IMG/VR virus record: IMGVR_UViG_3300037462_000758
Coordinates: 7,578 to 71,577 of that record
Source: a virus
Reading direction: 5' to 3' (one strand)
Length of the DNA: 64,000 nucleotides
Shown: positions 57,942-64,000 of the stretch, piece after piece
How positions within the stretch are numbered: position 1 is the stretch's first letter
How the letters are laid out: every line of letters begins with the position of its first letter
Made by a program: the position numbers and the translations under genes
The notes under the pieces: model-generated
Databases searched by the model: none
The model's input: the letters and a program-made list of their open reading frames with translations, nothing else
What the model was told of the DNA's origin: nothing

Positions 57942-58457
57942 ATGGAACAGCACATCAAAGCAGACGGTGAAGTTTTCTCCTTCCTTCCCCAAAGCGAAAT
58001 CAAGCCTGAATATCTCAAAACCTTCGATTTTGAGTCGCGCGAGCAGCAAGTAAATATCACGTACCCGGAGTTTTCCGCCGTGTGTCCCTTCTCCGGCTTA
58101 CCGGATATTGCGACGCTGAATGTATCGTACTATCCTGACGGTGGCAAAGCTATTGAACTCAAATCGCTCAAGTATTACCTGACCTCGTTTCGCCCTGTTG
58201 GTATCTACCAAGAGGCAGTAACAGCCCGTATTTACGAGGACTTGAAAGCGGTACTCAATACTAAGCGCCTTCAAGTAATAACCAACTACAACGTGCGTGG
58301 CGGTATGGGGGTAATTTGTTCAGAAGGTACGTTGTATAATCCGTACAGTGTCACAAGCACAGGTAAGAGCATTTCCATCAATACAGGGTCAGGATACACT
58401 ACCACAGGCGGTGTAACCATTTACCCAAGCGGTTTGCAAGCAACAGAATACCAATGA
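57942..58457 (+). CDS. queF: preQ0 reductase (unimodular QueF)
   Basis: PEF...CP.SG.PD, QueF motif ELKSLKYY, E, RGG. Confidence 0.9.
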   Translation: MEQHIKADGEVFSFLPQSEIKPEYLKTFDFESREQQVNITYPEFSAVCPFSGLPDIATLNVSYYPDGGKAIELKSLKYYLTSFRPVGIYQEAVTARIYEDLKAVLNTKRLQVITNYNVRGGMGVICSEGTLYNPYSVTSTGKSISINTGSGYTTTGGVTIYPSGLQATEYQ

Positions 58458-59158
58458 AATACTTCTTTTCTTCCCCGCTCCGAACCTTGCAACTGCTCCG
58501 CGAATACGGCGCTCAAAACTACTTATGGTCGTTTGCAGTGGACGGAAAAGAAGTGCAGAAACACGCTCAGGAAAGCGATAGCATCATCATTGATTCGGGA
58601 GCATTTTCGCTGTGGAACAAGGGCAAAGGCACGATTGATATTGATGAGTACATCGCTTTTTGCCAAGGTTTACCGCAGTCGTGGACGTTCATTAACTTGG
58701 ATGTAATACCGGAGACAGGCAGCAGCAAGGCAGATATTGAGCGGTGTTGCGGGGAAAGCTACGAAAACTTTCAGTATATCCGCAAGCGCCTTCCTGAATC
58801 AACGGTGATGCCTGTTTATCACTACGGCGAAGATATGCGCTGGCTGCGGAGGTATGAGGAAGAAGCGGAGTTTATCGGTATCAGTCCCGCAAACGACACA
58901 TCGGAGAAGGTTAAACGCCGCTTTCTTGCGGAGGTATTTACAACATGGGACAAGCAAAAACGCTTTCATGCTCTTGGGTACAGCAGCGCTACGGGTTTGG
59001 AGATATTCCCGTTTTACAGCGTTGATTCTATCTCCTACAAGCGGCAGAACATCCGCTCTCACAGCCCGGAACGCACCATCAAAACGAACATTTTTCTTTC
59101 CGGCAGCAAACTGAGTTACTTGCAGCAAGAGCGCATTAAATCTATGCTGGCAATGTAA
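58454..59158 (+). CDS. dpdA: DNA 7-deazaguanine transglycosylase (TGT-like), possibly C-terminally truncated
   Basis: IIDSGAFS, NLDVIP, PVYH.GE, H.LG, FYSVDS. Confidence 0.85.
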   Translation: MKYFFSSPLRTLQLLREYGAQNYLWSFAVDGKEVQKHAQESDSIIIDSGAFSLWNKGKGTIDIDEYIAFCQGLPQSWTFINLDVIPETGSSKADIERCCGESYENFQYIRKRLPESTVMPVYHYGEDMRWLRRYEEEAEFIGISPANDTSEKVKRRFLAEVFTTWDKQKRFHALGYSSATGLEIFPFYSVDSISYKRQNIRSHSPERTIKTNIFLSGSKLSYLQQERIKSMLAM

Positions 59159-59196
59159 CAGCATCTTACAAAACTGTGGGCAAAACGAGGCATACA

Positions 59197-59901
59197 ATGG
59201 CAAAACAAGTGAAATCAAAACCTGTGAAATCAAAACCTGTGCAGACAAAGCACGGATACTGTTCTTTGCCGCTTGAAAGGCTGGTTAAAGCAGCGTGGAA
59301 CTACAAAATGGAAGATGAAGCACTTTCGGCGAAACTTGCGGCAAACATCAAGCGCAACGGGCAGGTAGAAAACCTTGTTGTGCGAGAGCTGCCAACAGGC
59401 TTCTACGAAATTGTCAATGGCAATCACCGTTTTGACGTGTTGCAGATCCTTTCTGAACAAACAGGTAACACGGAAGTAATGTGCTACAACCTTGGTGCAA
59501 TCGGCGAGGCAGCAGCACAGCGCATTGCGATTGAACTCAATGAAACTCGCTTCCAGACTGACACACTTCGCCTTTCGGAACTTCTCAAAGAAATAAGCGA
59601 GAGCTTTAGTTTGGATGACTTACAAGCGTCTATGCCTTATTCTGCGGAGGAGATTGAGCGCCTCTTGAAGTTAAATGACTATGATTGGAACAAATTTAAT
59701 GAGTTAAAAAGTGCTGAAGCGAGTGATGAAGAGCAGAGCGATAGTCAAGACGGGATTCTCACAATTCGCCTCACCCCCGAAACACTGCGGTTATGGAACG
59801 ATTGGAGACAATACTGCCGAGCAACATATCACGACGATAGCGATGATGCTGTGTTGAACAGCGCTTGTACAGCCGCATTGCGATACCATAACCAAGGGTA
59901 A
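59197..59901 (+). CDS. ParB/Srx N-terminal domain protein
   Basis: WN, L...I..NG, YEIVNGNHR, I.LN..R. Confidence 0.8.
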   Translation: MAKQVKSKPVKSKPVQTKHGYCSLPLERLVKAAWNYKMEDEALSAKLAANIKRNGQVENLVVRELPTGFYEIVNGNHRFDVLQILSEQTGNTEVMCYNLGAIGEAAAQRIAIELNETRFQTDTLRLSELLKEISESFSLDDLQASMPYSAEEIERLLKLNDYDWNKFNELKSAEASDEEQSDSQDGILTIRLTPETLRLWNDWRQYCRATYHDDSDDAVLNSACTAALRYHNQG

Positions 59902-59906
59902 TCCAT

Positions 59907-60695
59907 GTGGCACAAACGGCAAAACAGAACGGACAACCGAAAACACGTTCAAAGGTTAGTACGAAGGCACAACCACAGAAGAAACCTCGTGCTACGGCGA
60001 GTGCTGCACTTGCTCATCAAGAGGCAAACGCTCCGGCGTGGCATCGCAGAACGGATGAAGGCGAAAAGGCATATCACGCATTCTGCCATTACTACGCGCT
60101 TCCGCCAACAGGACGCAGCGTAGATGCTGCCTACAAAGACGCTTGGCACGGTGAGCAGGAAGAAAAAAAGCGTCGTTTCTTTGAGCAGCAACGGCAGGAA
60201 TTTGAAGACAAGCAAAATGCCGCGCAACAAGCAAAAAAGCGCTCTTCAGCAAAAAATACGAGTAGCAAACGAGGAGCAAGCGAGCAGCAAAAAACCTTCA
60301 CTCCGCGCCCCTACGTGCAGCCGCCCGAACCGAAGCGAGCAAGCGGGCGCTGGTTTGAGTGGTGCAGTAAGTTTCAGTGGGTTGAACGGGCAATCAAGCA
60401 CGACCAGCACCAAGCCGAGCAACGCGCAAAAAAGAACTTCGACCGCGTGTTCAAGCGGCTTGAAAAGCAGCAGTTGGATATTGAAGCCGTGCAGCAACTT
60501 GGCGCTTCGTGGATTTACAACCTGATTTTAGACAAACGTTTTACAGGTCTTGAGTACGAGCGGCAAATAGAGTATTCCCTTGCCTTCATGCGGCTTTTAC
60601 CGCAGTTGCAGCAGGCAGAGCGCGACCTTGCAGGTGTTGTACAAACCATTTTGAACAACAACGCAAAAATGATTTTCACCGAACAACAGCAATAA
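59907..60695 (+). CDS. Probable terminase small subunit
   Basis: W.R...E..KAY.AF..Y......RS and W..K..WVERA..D; upstream of TerL. Confidence 0.6.
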   Translation: MAQTAKQNGQPKTRSKVSTKAQPQKKPRATASAALAHQEANAPAWHRRTDEGEKAYHAFCHYYALPPTGRSVDAAYKDAWHGEQEEKKRRFFEQQRQEFEDKQNAAQQAKKRSSAKNTSSKRGASEQQKTFTPRPYVQPPEPKRASGRWFEWCSKFQWVERAIKHDQHQAEQRAKKNFDRVFKRLEKQQLDIEAVQQLGASWIYNLILDKRFTGLEYERQIEYSLAFMRLLPQLQQAERDLAGVVQTILNNNAKMIFTEQQQ

Positions 60696-60714
60696 CCGCA
60701 CGAAGAGGAACATC

Positions 60715-60954
60715 ATGGCAGCCAGCACAACAAACGGTACAGCACCACGCACAAAAGTAGCGCTGGAGGCAATGCGCCTCAGCGATACGGAAGAGTTCGT
60801 ACCTTCTCGTCCTGTTACGCTGGAGATTGAGGGTGAGTATGTTTTTGTCGGAGCGGGACACGGCAAACGTGCGGTGAAGTGTCAAGAGTTTATCCATGCC
60901 CTGCGTCTTGTTGAAGCACACTATCAATCGTATTCGCGTGGGATTGCGGTATGA
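60715..60954 (+). CDS. Hypothetical protein
   Basis: GAGG upstream; ATGA overlap with TerL. Confidence 0.6.
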   Translation: MAASTTNGTAPRTKVALEAMRLSDTEEFVPSRPVTLEIEGEYVFVGAGHGKRAVKCQEFIHALRLVEAHYQSYSRGIAV

Positions 60955-62366
60955 ATTTGTCCGCATTTACCCTGCCCTCTTCGCGCTCGGTGAATCTCGC
61001 TTCGACGCTGTGGGAATCGCAGACGCTCGGCATGGAGCGTGAGGAAAACAATGCTCTGCACGGACTGAGTTTGATGCAGTTTATTCCTCAAATATCACCG
61101 AGATTTCGAGCGCCGGAGCATTTAGCGCCCGCTATTCACTACTTGGAGCGGTGTTTGTATGAGCCGCATTTTCTTATCATTGAACTGCCACCGCGCCATT
61201 ACAAGACCGAAACGATTCTACATTTCTTGGCGTGGTACTTGATGAAACGCCCCGAAAACACGCTTGGTTACGTCAGTTATGCCCAAAGGCAAGCAGGCTC
61301 AAAGGTTGTGAAAGCGCATCGGTACTCACTTGCTTGCGGTGTTTCGCCAAACCCGAAAATGCAAAACCGTGAGGAATGGCGTACGGCACAAGACGGCGGT
61401 ATTCTTTCTACCGGTATCGGTGGAGCGCTCACAGGGCAAGGCGTTCACGGTTTGGTGATTGACGACCCCATTAAAAACCGCGAGGAAGCCGAAAGCCCGA
61501 CCTTCCGGGCAAAGCATTGGGATTGGTTCTTAGACGTAGCAGAAACGCGGCTTGAGCCGTCGGCGTTTATGGTGGTGCTGATGACACGCTGGCATCCTGA
61601 CGACCTTGCGGGACGCTTAATCAAAGAGCGTAAACAGGAATGGACGGTGATTCGTATTCCGGCACTTGCTGACGGCTTGGATGCTTACGGAAAGAAGCCT
61701 GCGCGGGACTTGCTGGGGCGCAAAGAAGGTGACGCACTGCTGCCGGAGCGGTACAACAAACAGTATTTGGAGCGTGTTAAACAGCGCAACCCGCGTGGCT
61801 TTGCTTCGCTTTACCAAGGGCTGCCTCGACCGAAGGACGATTATGTTTTCGGCAAACCGACCTTCTACACGCAGCTTCCGACAGAAGGCTTGCAATTCAG
61901 TTTTGGTGCGGACTTGGCTTATACGAGCAGTTCCAATGCCGATTACAGCGTTCTTGTGCTTGGTGCGCGGAAAGATGATGTGTTCTACATTATTGATGTT
62001 CAGCGCTGGCGCGAGCGAATTGGCAAGACGATTCAGATTTTGAATGAAGCCCAAAAGCCGCACCGTTACACGGCTATCGGTGTGGAGAGCAATGGTCCGC
62101 AGTCGGCAGTGTGCGATATGTTGGAAGAGGGCGGCGTGTACATTGAGCGCATAAACCCTGTCGGAGACAAGTATATACGGGCGCTGTCATTCTCAGAAGC
62201 ATGGAACACAGGGCGCGTCCAAGTTCCAACCGATGCACCGTGGCTAAGTGAGTATTTGGAGGAGTTGCAACGATTCACAGGTGTAGGTGATGATACTGAC
62301 GACCAAGTAGATGCAAGCGTTTATGCGTTCATGCTTTCGGAATCACGCTTTTCATTCCATACATAG
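60951..62366 (+). CDS. Terminase large subunit
   Basis: PPRHYKT Walker A, LVIDDP.K, TRWH.DDL.G, LYQG.P, DLA, DDQVDA. Confidence 0.95.
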   Translation: MNLSAFTLPSSRSVNLASTLWESQTLGMEREENNALHGLSLMQFIPQISPRFRAPEHLAPAIHYLERCLYEPHFLIIELPPRHYKTETILHFLAWYLMKRPENTLGYVSYAQRQAGSKVVKAHRYSLACGVSPNPKMQNREEWRTAQDGGILSTGIGGALTGQGVHGLVIDDPIKNREEAESPTFRAKHWDWFLDVAETRLEPSAFMVVLMTRWHPDDLAGRLIKERKQEWTVIRIPALADGLDAYGKKPARDLLGRKEGDALLPERYNKQYLERVKQRNPRGFASLYQGLPRPKDDYVFGKPTFYTQLPTEGLQFSFGADLAYTSSSNADYSVLVLGARKDDVFYIIDVQRWRERIGKTIQILNEAQKPHRYTAIGVESNGPQSAVCDMLEEGGVYIERINPVGDKYIRALSFSEAWNTGRVQVPTDAPWLSEYLEELQRFTGVGDDTDDQVDASVYAFMLSESRFSFHT

Positions 62367-62494
62367 CAAACAGCCTTTCACCCCTCTTCCCTGCTGCGTC
62401 TGGGGCGCTGCCATACGCCCTGCCCCTTGCGTTTGTCGCAAGGGGTTAAACGCAGTGGGGGTGTTTTTACTTTTGAGATGAGGAGTAGTGCTTA

Positions 62495-63202
62495 ATGTTT
62501 TCCTATTACGGCAGTAAAAGCAAAATTATTCACTGGTATCCTAGACCAGCGTATAACAAGATAATTGAGCCTTTTGCTGGCTCTGCGCAATACTCTTTGA
62601 AATACTGGGATAAGGAGATATTGCTTATTGATAAGTATGATGTGATTGTTTCTATTTGGAAATGGCTACAACAGTGTTCAGAGAATGATATTCTAAAATT
62701 ACCCCTATTAAAACAGGGCATGGATATTCGGCAATTACTTCTAAGTAGAGAAGAGCTCTTGTTTCTTTCTTTTCTCACAAATGTTGGCACAAAATCCCCT
62801 GTCTGGAAAGTTTCACCGTATGCTGGAAAACAGTTTGAACAGTATGGTGCAAATCGGTATAAGAAGATTGCAAGTAACTTGTACAAAATTCGGCATTGGA
62901 AAATTACTCACAGCAGCTATGAGAAAATACAAAATCAAGAAGCTACTTGGTTTGTTGATGCACCATATTATTATGGGGGACAGTATTATAGATACAACAG
63001 TAAAAAAATTGACTATAAGCATTTAGCAGCATGGGTGCAATCAAGGAAAGGTCAAGTGCTTGTGTGTGAAAATGAGAAAGCAGATTGGTTGCCATTTAAG
63101 CCAATGCACCCTTTTAAGGGGCAATCAAATCGAACTAGTATTGAATGTATATGGAGTAATAGAACGAGCGTTTACGATTATATGCAGATAAATCTGTTTT
63201 AG
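62495..63202 (+). CDS. Dam-like DNA adenine methyltransferase
   Basis: YYGSK, EPFAGS, FVDAPY (DPPY variant). Confidence 0.75.
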   Translation: MFSYYGSKSKIIHWYPRPAYNKIIEPFAGSAQYSLKYWDKEILLIDKYDVIVSIWKWLQQCSENDILKLPLLKQGMDIRQLLLSREELLFLSFLTNVGTKSPVWKVSPYAGKQFEQYGANRYKKIASNLYKIRHWKITHSSYEKIQNQEATWFVDAPYYYGGQYYRYNSKKIDYKHLAAWVQSRKGQVLVCENEKADWLPFKPMHPFKGQSNRTSIECIWSNRTSVYDYMQINLF

Positions 63203-63243
63203 AACTAATCAGACGCAGGTACAATCACATTTTTTTTAGTACC

Positions 63244-63714
63244 ATGAAAACATTTATTCTCAAAAAACCGCAAATGTTCACTGCAAAACATTTAGTGGAG
63301 ATTTTTATTGAAATCCACGATGATTGGTTTACAAATCCTCTGAACACCTTTTATGCACGAAGAGAATATATGCTCTCATACCTTTACGCATGGGCAGATA
63401 GTGTAGATGAGCTTGGGAGTGAGGATTTTCCTGATACACTGTCTGATTCGTCGCTCATCTATATTCAGGGTAAGTTTGAAGAGTGGTTACAATCTGAATT
63501 TATAGAGATTGCAGACATTGATACTTTGCGAACAAAAGGTGAGGACATTACTACATTTATAGCAAAAGGTCTTTTCTATCGCCTTGGCTTACAAAAAAAT
63601 AGCCAACTGTTTTTTATGGATGCTTTCAGTGTCATCCGGGAACATCTAGAATGGCATTACTCAGCGATGGAGCAAGATAAACGCCTCAACGCAGAAAACC
63701 TTCTTGCGGATTAA
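63244..63714 (+). CDS. Hypothetical protein
   Basis: 156-aa AT-rich ORF. Confidence 0.55.
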   Translation: MKTFILKKPQMFTAKHLVEIFIEIHDDWFTNPLNTFYARREYMLSYLYAWADSVDELGSEDFPDTLSDSSLIYIQGKFEEWLQSEFIEIADIDTLRTKGEDITTFIAKGLFYRLGLQKNSQLFFMDAFSVIREHLEWHYSAMEQDKRLNAENLLAD

Positions 63715-63875
63715 ATAATAAGTACCCTGTCGTATGGACGCTCCCCGCTTCTGCTACTGCAAACCACACTACCGCAACACGCGGCACGGGAGAATCTACG
63801 TTCTGGGCTATTACCGTCAGAAACCACAGAAAACCAACCTTGAGCAGCAAGGCAGCCTCTTTGAAGAAAACTATG

Positions 63876-64000
63876 TGAGCTGCTCCCCAAAATTCGGACA
63901 GGTAGCTTAGGTAAAAACTAAGCGTTATATTTGCCGAAAACGAGGAGTCAATCATGGCGAAAAAACGTATCAACCATAGCGCAGAATTCAAAGCGAAAGT
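63876..64000 (+). mobile_element. Left end of IS3-family insertion sequence (transposase OrfA from 63954, truncated by window)
   Basis: Terminal TGAGCTGCTCCCCAAAATTCGGACA; MAKKRINHSAEFKAKV. Confidence 0.8.

Larger units (their letters stand above)
1..63875. mobile_element. Temperate siphovirus-like phage / probable phage-plasmid (ends not visible)
   Basis: Head, tail, lysis, replication and terminase modules plus parAB, resolvase and TA-like pair; no host housekeeping genes seen. Confidence 0.9.

Noticed and set aside
59156-59158. Genome-wide stop-codon reassignment
   Set aside because: TAA, TAG and TGA all end well-defined genes elsewhere; no suppressor tRNA recognised

Overview
The window is almost entirely one temperate tailed phage (siphovirus-type: HK97-fold capsid and protease, tail tube, chaperone with -1 frameshift, 1606-aa tape measure, tail and fibre genes, amidase lysis cassette, terminase). 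TAnnTTTG promoter boxes point to a Bacteroidota/FCB-group host (inference). No integrase or portal gene is visible. A parA-parB pair with three 29-bp palindromic parS-like sites, a serine resolvase, a DUF4160/DUF2442 toxin-antitoxin-like pair and UmuC suggest a phage-plasmid. It carries a 7-deazaguanine DNA-modification cluster (queD, queE, folE, queC, queF, dpdA) with unusual variants. The most striking candidate novelty is a phage-borne signalling module. It consists of a secreted tandem-domain protein ending in CPPFC, a polytopic membrane protein, a TM/coiled-coil kinase stub, four 21-bp-phased boxes and a LytTR regulator, plus a separate catalytically dead LytS-type kinase that shares an operator-like palindrome with the early replication operon. 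An IS3-family element begins at the right edge. All protein calls come from motif recognition by eye, with no database searches.
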